From Thermodesulfobacteriota bacterium (GTDB lineage Bacteria; Desulfobacterota; Desulfobacteria; Desulfobacterales; SURF-7), in the NCBI GenBank assembly GCA_049320885.1, contig JBMORA010000032.1, positions 1 through 64,000 of the forward strand: a DNA stretch of 64,000 bases, in the 5' to 3' direction. This document shows positions 45,001 to 53,983 of this stretch, piece by piece. Below the pieces are notes generated by a model. That model was not told where the DNA came from. It did no database searches and worked only from the letters and a program-made list of their open reading frames with translations. The translations under genes and the position numbers were made by a program. Each line of letters starts with the position of its first letter. Position 1 is the first letter of the stretch.

Positions 45001-45645
45001 ATGGGAATGGACGGACCGCCGGGAACGACTTTCGGCCTGCTGCGACACGGTCAAACCATCTGGAACCGGGAGGGACGGATTCAGGGGCAAGACGATTCTC
45101 CCCTGTCCCCGGAGGGTGAACGCCAGTGCCTTGCCTGGGGAAAACGCCTGCGGGAATTCCCATGGGAAAGAATCCTTGTCAGCGATCTGGGGCGGGCCCG
45201 CCGGACCGCCGACCTGGTCAACGAATCCCTCGGTGTTCCTGTCACCGTGGATCAGCGCCTGCGGGAGCAGGACTGGGGCCGCTGGAGAGGGTTGACCCTC
45301 CGGCAGATCACCACGGACAGCGCGGACGAACTGGAACGCCAGGTCAACGCCGGCTGGCATTTCCGCCCTCCGGACGGGGAAAACCGGCTTCACCTGCTGG
45401 AACGCAGCCGACTGGCGCTGGCGGACGCGGCCAGGCAGTATGAAGGTCAGACCATCCTGGTGATCACCCACGAGGGGGTTATCAAGGCCTTGCTGAACCG
45501 GCTCAGCAACCGGATGTTTCTGCCGGGGGAAGGCCCGCTGATGGAGCCGCTGCATCTCCATTTCCTCCGGCACGACGGCCGGGAACTCCATCTGCTTCAA
45601 ATCAACGCCGTTCCGCTGAAAAATGCGGAAACCGACACCGGGTGA
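45001..45645 (+). CDS. Histidine phosphatase (phosphoglycerate mutase family)
   Basis: LLRHGQT, SDLGRARRTA, LREQDWG, ITHEG. Confidence 0.9.
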   Translation: MGMDGPPGTTFGLLRHGQTIWNREGRIQGQDDSPLSPEGERQCLAWGKRLREFPWERILVSDLGRARRTADLVNESLGVPVTVDQRLREQDWGRWRGLTLRQITTDSADELERQVNAGWHFRPPDGENRLHLLERSRLALADAARQYEGQTILVITHEGVIKALLNRLSNRMFLPGEGPLMEPLHLHFLRHDGRELHLLQINAVPLKNAETDTG

Positions 45646-45690
45646 GCATCCCCGGCAACGCTGGACTCCGACCATATCCCCACCGCCAGG

Positions 45691-46857
45691 ATGAAAATTC
45701 TCCAATATTGTCAATATATTCTCGGAATCGGACACCTCTGCCGCAGCCTGGAAATCAGTCGCGGCTTTGCCGGGCATGACGTGGTTCTGGTCACCGGCGG
45801 CCGGGATTTCCCTGTCGCTCTTCCGGAACGGGTGCGCGAACACCGGCTGCCGGCCCTGGTGATGGACGCCGAATTCAGCGGACTCAAAACTCCCGACCAG
45901 AAAAGATCCCTGGAGGCCATCAAGCTCCTGCGGCGGGCGCGCCTGACGGAAATCTTTCAAGCGGAAAAACCGGACGCGCTGCTGGTGGAGCTGTATCCCT
46001 TCGGACGCAAGGCCTTTCGTTTCGAGCTCGACCCGCTGCTGGAAGGCATCCGCAACGGAAGCCTGCACCGCTGTCTCGTTTTTTGCAGTCTGCGGGACAT
46101 CCTGGTGGAAAAGGACAATTCCCGGAAGCACGAGCACCGGGCCGTGGACATCCTCAACCGGCTGTTCGACGGCCTGCTGGTGCATGCCGACCCGGACCTG
46201 ATACCCCTGGACCGGACCTTTTCCCTGGCGACCGACATCGCCATCCCCCTGGACTATACCGGCTTCGTCTGCCCCGGCCCCTCGGCTCCCGCCGGGCTCA
46301 GGGCCCGGCTGGGAATCAGTCCCCGGGAAAAATGGATTGTCGCCAGCGCCGGCGGCGGGCAGGTGGGCGGCCCCCTGCTGACGGCCGTCATGGAAGCCGC
46401 CCGAAAACTGGCGGCGGACATACCTGTCCGGCTGCAGGTCTTTACCGGTCCGTTTCTGAACCAGCTGGAATATCAACTCCTGTCGTCCGGCCGGAATCAT
46501 CATATCCGCGTCCAGCGGTTTACGGACCGCTTTCCGGCCTACCTCGCGGAAGCCGACCTGTCCATCAGCATGGCCGGCTACAACACCTGCATGAACATAC
46601 TGGCCGCCGGGATTCCAGCCCTGGTCTGGCCTTTTCCCCAAAACCGGGAGCAACGCCTGCGGGCCGAAGCCCTGGCGGACCGGGGACTGCTCGGTGTCCT
46701 TTCCGAAACGGATCTGTCGGCTGACGGCATGGCCAATCGGATCCGGCAGGCCCTGAACCAGGGCCGTCCACCCGCAACCACGCTCCGGATCAACGGAGCG
46801 GAGGAGACCCGCCGTGTCGTGGAGGAACGGATCCGGAAACGGGAGGCCATTGCATGA
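45691..46857 (+). CDS. GT-B glycosyltransferase (second COG4671-like paralog)
   Basis: YCQYILGIGHLCR, SAGGGQVG, ISMAGYNT, EQRLRA. Confidence 0.88.
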   Translation: MKILQYCQYILGIGHLCRSLEISRGFAGHDVVLVTGGRDFPVALPERVREHRLPALVMDAEFSGLKTPDQKRSLEAIKLLRRARLTEIFQAEKPDALLVELYPFGRKAFRFELDPLLEGIRNGSLHRCLVFCSLRDILVEKDNSRKHEHRAVDILNRLFDGLLVHADPDLIPLDRTFSLATDIAIPLDYTGFVCPGPSAPAGLRARLGISPREKWIVASAGGGQVGGPLLTAVMEAARKLAADIPVRLQVFTGPFLNQLEYQLLSSGRNHHIRVQRFTDRFPAYLAEADLSISMAGYNTCMNILAAGIPALVWPFPQNREQRLRAEALADRGLLGVLSETDLSADGMANRIRQALNQGRPPATTLRINGAEETRRVVEERIRKREAIA

Positions 46858-47696
46858 CGCCCGGCGTTTCAGCCCTCTGGCGCAAGCCCCTCCCGAAGGA
46901 TCTCGCTTCCCGCCTGGATGAAAGGCTGAGCCGGGTGCTGGGACGGAAAGACCGCCGCCGTCCCATCCAGGTTTTTTTCAGGGCCGACGATATCGGAGTT
47001 CCCGGCGAGCAGGTTTACCGGTTGATCCGCCTGTTCCTGAAATACCGCAGCCCCCTGAACCTGGCCGTGGTGCCGGCATGGCTGACGGCGCCCCGGTGGC
47101 GGAAACTCCGGGAAGCGGGGGCAGCCCATCCGGAACTCTGGTGCTGGCACCAGCATGGATGGCGGCATGTCAACCATGAACCGTCCGGAAAAAAGCAGGA
47201 ATTCGGCCCGGCCAGATCCCGGCACCGTATCCGGAAGGATCTGGCCGCCGGGTTCCGCCGGCTGGAAGAACTGCTGGGAAGGGATTTCACCCCGGTTTTT
47301 ACCCCCCCGTGGAATCGCTGCAGCAGAGAAACCATCGCCGTACTGTCGGAACTCGGGTATGCGGCTTTTTCCGCAAGCCCCGCTGTCTCCGAAGGATCCC
47401 CGTTTGCGGAGCCGTTGCCGAATTTTTGTGTTCAGGTGGACCTGCACACCCGCAAGGAATCCCGGGCGGACCGGGACTGGATAGCGCTGCTGGCCGAGCT
47501 GGAATCCGCTCTTTCCCAGAACCGCTGCGGAATCGTCATCCATCACCGACGGATGAACGACCAGGCTTTCCGGTTTCTGGAAACACTGCTGGAGCGTTTT
47601 GCCTTTCTGCCGGAAATCCGCATCCACCGCTTTACCGACATGCGGCGCATGGCCGCGCCGCCGTTTCCGGAGATGAAGGGGACCCCATCATGGTGA
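46854..47696 (+). CDS. Polysaccharide deacetylase family protein
   Basis: FFRADD, HQHGWRH, FTPPWNR, IHH metal and catalytic motifs. Confidence 0.82.
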   Translation: MTPGVSALWRKPLPKDLASRLDERLSRVLGRKDRRRPIQVFFRADDIGVPGEQVYRLIRLFLKYRSPLNLAVVPAWLTAPRWRKLREAGAAHPELWCWHQHGWRHVNHEPSGKKQEFGPARSRHRIRKDLAAGFRRLEELLGRDFTPVFTPPWNRCSRETIAVLSELGYAAFSASPAVSEGSPFAEPLPNFCVQVDLHTRKESRADRDWIALLAELESALSQNRCGIVIHHRRMNDQAFRFLETLLERFAFLPEIRIHRFTDMRRMAAPPFPEMKGTPSW

Positions 47697-48379
47697 ATGC
47701 TGCGGAAACCCCGCACCCTGCCGACCGCGCCGACCGTCTTCTGGCCCTGCCCTTCGGCAAATCCGTCGCCATCGCCTTTCAAAGCATCCGGGTCCGCTTT
47801 CTGCGCTCTGCCATCACCGTGCTGAGCCTGGTTCTGGCCATCGCCTTTTTCTGTTTTCTGCGAATCAACGCCGACATCGCCGGCGGCATGCTGAAAACCG
47901 GAAATCCCGCCTTGCGGCTGGCCCTGGCGCGGGCCGGCCATGATGTCTCGCCGGACGCCGTCCGCATCGACAACACCCCGAAGCAGAAATGGATCCTGTT
48001 TCTGTCCCTCCTGGTCTGCGTGGTGGGGATTGTCAACGCCCAACTGATGGCGGTCAGTGAACGCATCCGTGAAATCGGCACCATGAAGTGTCTGGGAGCC
48101 CTGGACCGTTTTATCCTGCGCCTTTTTCTTCTGGAAGCCGGCATGCAGGGGCTTGCCGGAGCCGGTCTTGGAGCCGTTGCCGGAACCCTCGCCGCGGTGG
48201 GGAGCAGCCTGATTCGTTTCGGATGGCCGGCCATCCAAGCCCTTCCCGTTCAACAGGCGCTGAAATCGTTCCTGATCTCCATTGGCATCGGTCTTGTTCT
48301 GAGCCTCCTGGGGGTCGTCTACCCGGCCGCCAAAGCCGCCCGGATGCAGCCGGTCGACGCCATGCGCCGGGAGCACTAG
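47690..48379 (+). CDS. Small FtsX/MacB-type ABC permease
   Basis: RFLRSAIT, GIVNAQLMAVSERIREIGTMKCLGA, YPAAKAARMQPVDAMR; start at ATG 47690. Confidence 0.85.
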   Translation: MVNAAETPHPADRADRLLALPFGKSVAIAFQSIRVRFLRSAITVLSLVLAIAFFCFLRINADIAGGMLKTGNPALRLALARAGHDVSPDAVRIDNTPKQKWILFLSLLVCVVGIVNAQLMAVSERIREIGTMKCLGALDRFILRLFLLEAGMQGLAGAGLGAVAGTLAAVGSSLIRFGWPAIQALPVQQALKSFLISIGIGLVLSLLGVVYPAAKAARMQPVDAMRREH

Positions 48380-48420
48380 ATGGGATAGGCAGCCCCAAGG
48401 TGAAAGGTGAACAAACCGCC

Positions 48421-49182
48421 ATGACGGCTTCTCCGACCGATCGGCAAATCATCGTCCGCTTGATCGCCGTAACCAAGCAGTTCAAGCTGGGCAATATCGA
48501 GCTTCCGGCCTTGAAAGGCGTCGACCTGGAGATCGCAAAGGGCCGCTACATCTCCATCATGGGGCCCTCCGGTTCCGGGAAGAGCACCCTTTTCAACATG
48601 ATCGGCGGTCTCGACAAGCCCACTGCCGGGAAAGTGTTCATCGACGAGGTGGACATCGCCCAGCTGGACGCCTACGAGCTTGCCTGGCTGCGCTGCCGCA
48701 AGATCGGTTATATCTTCCAGACCTTCAATCTGATCCAGGTAATGACCGCCCTGGAAAATGTGACCCTGCCCATGATTTTTGCCGGAATGCCGGGGGAGCA
48801 GGCAACGAACAAGGGCATGGAACTGATGAAAATGGTAGGCCTGGACGACCGTTTCCGCCACAAGCCCAACGAACTCTCCGGCGGCCAGCAGCAACGGGTG
48901 GCGGTGGCCCGGGCCCTGGCCAATGATCCCGCCATCATTCTGGCCGATGAACCCACCGGAAATCTCGATCTGGTTACCGGCGAGGAAATCATCAATCTCC
49001 TGAAACGCCTCAGCGAGGAACGCAGCGTCACCATCATATCCGCCACCCATGATTTCAAAATGCTGAATGTGTCCGACCAGGTGGTCTGGATCCGTGACGG
49101 CCGCATCGAGAAAATCGAAAACCGCGCCGAGCTGTCCATCTCCATCGGCCAAATCGATTCGCGTCCGCATGAAAAGGCCTAA
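48421..49182 (+). CDS. ABC ATP-binding protein (LolD/MacB family)
   Basis: GPSGSGKST, LSGGQQQRV, ILADEPTGNLD, ATHD; start at ATG 48421. Confidence 0.93.
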   Translation: MTASPTDRQIIVRLIAVTKQFKLGNIELPALKGVDLEIAKGRYISIMGPSGSGKSTLFNMIGGLDKPTAGKVFIDEVDIAQLDAYELAWLRCRKIGYIFQTFNLIQVMTALENVTLPMIFAGMPGEQATNKGMELMKMVGLDDRFRHKPNELSGGQQQRVAVARALANDPAIILADEPTGNLDLVTGEEIINLLKRLSEERSVTIISATHDFKMLNVSDQVVWIRDGRIEKIENRAELSISIGQIDSRPHEKA

Positions 49183-52100
49183 ATCCATTCTGAGATCCAA
49201 GACCATTCGGGTTCTCGCCTGTCTGCCGGCGATCGCCTTCCTCGCCGCACCGGAATGCCGGGCCGACGCCCGGGAAGGGTTGATGCGCACCGTCGGGGAA
49301 CTTGCCGCCGTTCAAGACCGCAGCACCGGCTCCCCGGGGTGCATCCGGGCGGCGGCTTTCATCCAGGCGGAGTTCCAGGCCGCTGGTGCAGGACCGGTGG
49401 CGGTTCATCGTTTCACCGTTCCCGTGCGGCGCTGGGAAAAAAGCCGCCTGACGACCGAGGACGGACGAAGGCTCACGATCCATCCGCTGCTGTTAAACGC
49501 CGCGGCACCGGAAACATCGGCGGCCATGAATACCCTCGCTCAGCTGATCTATGTGGGACGGGGAGCCCTGGCGGATTTCAACCATCAACCCGTTAAAGAC
49601 GCCATTGTCCTGATGGACATGGATTCGGGCGGGAACTGGCGGAATGCGGCGGCGCTGGGGGCCAGGGCCTTGATCTTCCTGGATGGCGGGATCAGCCGGG
49701 ACGGGAACCCGGAGCCCACGCCCAACCTGTTCTACAAGGAAAAGATCGAACTCACGCCCCTTCATTTTCCCCGGTTCCGGGTTTCCCGTTCCGCCTTCAA
49801 CGCCTGGCTGGGGAGGGACGCCGGCGACGGCCTGAAATCCCCACTGCCCAAAGCCACTCTGTTTTCCCGGATCGCCTGGGAAAACGTGGTGGCCGAAAAT
49901 GTCTACACAAAAATCGAAGGCCGTGACCCGCGCCTGAAAAAAAACCTCCTGGTGGTCGAAGCTTTTTACGACAGCACGCCCCTGGTGGCCGGCCTGTCTC
50001 CCGGCGCGGATGAGGCTCTCGGCGTCGCCGGTCTCATTTCCCTGGCCGGATTTCTGAAAAAGCACCCGCCGGCCAGATCCGTTCTGCTGGTCGCCACGTC
50101 CGGACACGCCCAAACTCTTTCGGGATTCCGGGAACTGGTCTGGAGCCTGCGGAACGAGACGTCCTTCCAGGCCGAAAGGGAAAAACACCTGCGGCTGGAA
50201 CTGGCGACCGCCGACCGGTGTCTCTCGACCCTTGAAAAGCTGGCCCGGCCGAATCTGCCGGACGATCTGTCCCATACGGATATCCAGGCGGCCATAACGT
50301 CCCAGCTGAAAAACCGGATCGATTCCATTTCGCGGAAACTGATTCGTCTCCGCATGGATCCACAAAACCGGAACGATACGGAACGGACCCACCTCCTCGT
50401 TCAGGATCGACAGGCGCTCCAGCGGCTGGAGTGGAAAAACGACCTGTCCGTTCTCTCCCCGGAGGAAGTCATGAGAATCCGGGAACTGCTGCCGTCCGCC
50501 GTCCAGCAGCACCGCGACTACCGGGAAGCGGCCCGGCTGCAACTCGACCTGCTGGAAAGCTCCCGGATTTTCCAGGAATGTCTTGCAGGGCAAACCATCT
50601 CCGCCGTCATTTGCCTCCATCTCTCCAGTCACGGGGATGGATTCGGCGCTTTCAATAAGGGCTGGCTGTATCCGCTCAAACCGACGGTGGACAGGCTCCG
50701 CGCATACGGCGCGTTGGAGCGGTGCCTGCAAGCCTGCGCCCTGAAAACAGCGGCATCCACGGGTCATCCCTCCATGCTGGCCGATACCCTGCGTCCCGGC
50801 AGCCTGAAAGACTGGCAAAGCTATCTGGCCGACCGGCCGGAGCTGGGCGGGGAGGTGGCTTCCCTGGCGGGCTATCCCGGCATAAGCCTGGTCACGGTGC
50901 ATGACGGCCGGTTTTTCTGGGGAACCCCGGATGATCTTCCCGGAAATATGGATTGGGAATACGCCGCCAGACAAAATGCGGCTGTCTGCTCCATGATCCG
51001 GGACCTTGCCGCACACCCCGGCCTGGAATCCAATAAGCAGCCGGCCGACGGATTCAGCACCGTCAGCGGCCGGGTGCGCCGCATGCGCCATGGAGAACTC
51101 TTTGCGGACCGGCCCGTTGCCGGAGCATTGGTCATGGCCTTCCAGGGAACCAGTCGCTACTACGCCATGACCGACGCCCGGGGCGATTTCCAGCTGAAAG
51201 GCGTTTGCGACAAAAAACACGTTCTCGACAAGCTCATCATCGAAGCCTTTCATTTCCAGCCCGCAACCGGGAAAATCATTGCCGCCATCGACAAACGTCT
51301 CACGGGAAAAGACGCCTACCGCCTGAAAATCAAACGAAAGGACATGCGGACGGATCTAATCCTGTTCACCTGCCGTCAAACCACCCTGTTCGACCTGTTG
51401 GAACCCCGCAATTTCAACTATATGACCAAGATCGAACTGCTCGACGGTTTTCGCGACGCCCCGCCCCTGACCTACAGTTACAGCCGCATCGACACCCGCT
51501 CCTCCTCCATGGCGGCGGTCTTCATGGAACCCCGCAGCCGGTTGAAAATCATCCTTTCCGACAACCTGCTTTCCAAAAAGTTGCTCCTGACCGGCACGGA
51601 ACCTTCCCATCCCCAGGGAATCGGATATCGGGCGGAGGACTGGCCCTCCCTGACCTACGGCTCCTTCCGGGCCGCAACGGACATGTGGGCCCTGCTTTCC
51701 CCCCGCATTGCCAATCTCGAATCCCACGGCATCTTCGATGAGAGCATCCGGCGGATAGAAGACCGGGGCTTGAAAAGCCTAGCGGATGCCCGGCGGTATC
51801 TGGATGAAGGTTTGTACGACCGGTTCCACGGCGCCGCGTCAACAGCCCTGGCCCTTGCCAGCCGGGTTTACGACCAGGTGGATCGAACCCAGAAGGACGT
51901 TCTTTTCGGTGTTCTTTTTTACATCGCCTTCTTTGTACCCTTCGCCTTCTGCATGGAAAGGCTGCTGTTCGCATGCACGGATATTCACAAACGGATCCTG
52001 GCGTTCTGCGGGATTCTGGCGCTGCTTGTCGCCATCATCTATTGGGTCCACCCCGCATTTCAATTGGCCTACAACCCCCTGGTGGTCGTTCTGGCCTTTA

Positions 52101-53983
52101 TTATCATCAGTCTTTCCCTCCTGGTGACCCTGATCATCTTTTTCCGGTTCGAGGCGGAAATGGCCCGCTTGCAACGCCACGCCAGTCCTTTGCATTTAAG
52201 CGAAATCAGCCGCGGCAAGGCGTTTCTTGCGGCTTTCTTTCTCGGGGCGGACAACCTGAGAAGGCGGCCCCTGCGCACCGGCTTGACCTGTATCACCCTG
52301 ATCATCCTGACCTTCACCATCATGAGCTTCACCACCGTCAAAACCGCCCGCCACCATTCCCGGGTTCGCTTCCGGGACGACCCGGCTTATCAGGGCCTGC
52401 TGTTCAAAAAAGGCAACTGGCAGAGCCTGCCGCCGGAAACCGTGAGCGCCCTTGCCGGAGCCTTTTCCCACGGCGATATCATCGCCCCCCGGGTGTGGCT
52501 GGAGGCCGATGATCCCACCCGCCCGGCCCGGATTCCCATCGGACACGGGGACCGCGTCTTCGATGCCCGGGGAATGCTCGGGCTTGCGGAAAACGAAGTC
52601 CACGTCACCGGAATGGCTCGCCTGCTCACCGGCGGCAGATGGTTTACGGCGAACGAGCGTCAGGCGGTGATCCTGCCGGACCGAATGGCCGCCCATCTCG
52701 GGATCGATCCGGAATCGCCGGAAGGCGCCAGCGTGCGAATCTGGGGCCGGCCCTTCGATGTGGTGGGCGTCTTTTCCGGCAGCCGGTTCCGGCGTTACGC
52801 GGACCTGGACGGCGAGCCGCTCACGCCGGTGACGTTTCCCGATGAAATCGTCACCGAGCTGAGCGAAGTCGAAATGGAAGCCGTGGAAGCCGGGGAGGAC
52901 ATCACCGATTTTCAAAGCCGCTACGAACACGTGGATGCCGACCTGACCGTCATCCTGCCGTTCCGGACGGTGGCCGCGGCAGGGGGGGCGCTGAAAAGCA
53001 TCGCGGTGGGAATGCATCCGACGGCGGATATCGGCGCGATTGCCCGGAAAATGGTGGATCGTTTCGGCCTGTCCCTGTTCAGCGGCGAGGGGCGGAATGG
53101 GTACCTGCATCAGGGTGGAGATGCCATTCGCTACAGCGGTTCGCCGGATATCTTTATTCCCATATGCATTTCGATCCTCATCGTGCTGAACACCATGATC
53201 GGCAGCGTCCATGAACGCAAGCGCGAAATCGGCATCTACACCTCCATCGGGCTGGCGCCTTCCCATGTCGCGTTTTTGTTCATCGCCGAAGCCCTGGCGT
53301 TCGCCGTCATCAGCGTCGTCATCGGTTATATCGTCGCCCAGATCAGCGCCACCCTCTTTGGGGGTATCTCCTTCTGGTCCGGCATCACGGTGAACTACTC
53401 CTCTCTTTCGGGTGTGGCCGCCATGCTTCTGGTGGTCATGGTGGTGCTGGTCTCCGTGGTCTATCCGGCCAAAACAGCGGCAAGCATCGCCATCCCGGAT
53501 GTCAACCGTTCGTGGACCCTGCCCGAATCCAGGGACAGCGTCATGGAACTTTCCCTGCCGTTCATGATTCAATCCCGCGAGCTTTCAAGTGTCTGCAGCC
53601 ATTTGCAGGCCTATTTCAAAGCCCACCAGGATGTCTCCCACGGCCTGTTTTCCACGGGCGAGATGACGACCGTCCATCCGGAAGCGTCTCCCGAATTCCA
53701 CCCCCGGCCGGATGTCCCGGCCTGCGCCCAGCTGCGCCAGAAAGTCTGGCTGGCTCCTTTTGATTTCGGCATCATGCAGCTGGTGACCCTGTCGTTTCGT
53801 TCGTCCGGGAGCGGCTGCGGGATGCTGGAAATGACGGTCCGGCTGGAACGCAAATCCGGCGAGACCAATGCCTGGTGGCGGATCAACAAGGTCTTCCTCA
53901 ACCGCCTGCGCAAGCAGCTGCTCATCTGGCGCTCCCTGGAAAAGGACGCCCGCTCCGGTTCCGGCGGCATATGTTATGACTGA
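49169..53983 (+). CDS. Giant (~1600 aa) FtsX-type permease with an N-terminal PA/M28-peptidase-like ectodomain
   Basis: Signal-like N-terminus; PA-like YVGRG; M28-like EAFYDS...PGADE; a TM cluster; NLRRRPLRT; periplasmic domain; ERKREIGIYTSIGL FtsX motif; soluble C-terminal tail. Confidence 0.85.
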   Translation: MKRPKSILRSKTIRVLACLPAIAFLAAPECRADAREGLMRTVGELAAVQDRSTGSPGCIRAAAFIQAEFQAAGAGPVAVHRFTVPVRRWEKSRLTTEDGRRLTIHPLLLNAAAPETSAAMNTLAQLIYVGRGALADFNHQPVKDAIVLMDMDSGGNWRNAAALGARALIFLDGGISRDGNPEPTPNLFYKEKIELTPLHFPRFRVSRSAFNAWLGRDAGDGLKSPLPKATLFSRIAWENVVAENVYTKIEGRDPRLKKNLLVVEAFYDSTPLVAGLSPGADEALGVAGLISLAGFLKKHPPARSVLLVATSGHAQTLSGFRELVWSLRNETSFQAEREKHLRLELATADRCLSTLEKLARPNLPDDLSHTDIQAAITSQLKNRIDSISRKLIRLRMDPQNRNDTERTHLLVQDRQALQRLEWKNDLSVLSPEEVMRIRELLPSAVQQHRDYREAARLQLDLLESSRIFQECLAGQTISAVICLHLSSHGDGFGAFNKGWLYPLKPTVDRLRAYGALERCLQACALKTAASTGHPSMLADTLRPGSLKDWQSYLADRPELGGEVASLAGYPGISLVTVHDGRFFWGTPDDLPGNMDWEYAARQNAAVCSMIRDLAAHPGLESNKQPADGFSTVSGRVRRMRHGELFADRPVAGALVMAFQGTSRYYAMTDARGDFQLKGVCDKKHVLDKLIIEAFHFQPATGKIIAAIDKRLTGKDAYRLKIKRKDMRTDLILFTCRQTTLFDLLEPRNFNYMTKIELLDGFRDAPPLTYSYSRIDTRSSSMAAVFMEPRSRLKIILSDNLLSKKLLLTGTEPSHPQGIGYRAEDWPSLTYGSFRAATDMWALLSPRIANLESHGIFDESIRRIEDRGLKSLADARRYLDEGLYDRFHGAASTALALASRVYDQVDRTQKDVLFGVLFYIAFFVPFAFCMERLLFACTDIHKRILAFCGILALLVAIIYWVHPAFQLAYNPLVVVLAFIIISLSLLVTLIIFFRFEAEMARLQRHASPLHLSEISRGKAFLAAFFLGADNLRRRPLRTGLTCITLIILTFTIMSFTTVKTARHHSRVRFRDDPAYQGLLFKKGNWQSLPPETVSALAGAFSHGDIIAPRVWLEADDPTRPARIPIGHGDRVFDARGMLGLAENEVHVTGMARLLTGGRWFTANERQAVILPDRMAAHLGIDPESPEGASVRIWGRPFDVVGVFSGSRFRRYADLDGEPLTPVTFPDEIVTELSEVEMEAVEAGEDITDFQSRYEHVDADLTVILPFRTVAAAGGALKSIAVGMHPTADIGAIARKMVDRFGLSLFSGEGRNGYLHQGGDAIRYSGSPDIFIPICISILIVLNTMIGSVHERKREIGIYTSIGLAPSHVAFLFIAEALAFAVISVVIGYIVAQISATLFGGISFWSGITVNYSSLSGVAAMLLVVMVVLVSVVYPAKTAASIAIPDVNRSWTLPESRDSVMELSLPFMIQSRELSSVCSHLQAYFKAHQDVSHGLFSTGEMTTVHPEASPEFHPRPDVPACAQLRQKVWLAPFDFGIMQLVTLSFRSSGSGCGMLEMTVRLERKSGETNAWWRINKVFLNRLRKQLLIWRSLEKDARSGSGGICYD

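Noticed and set aside
44374..46653. 759-aa minus-strand ORF (likewise 49493-51253, 52196-53572, 28073-29749, 36229-37578)
   Set aside because: These lie antisense to well-supported genes and are explained by codon bias.
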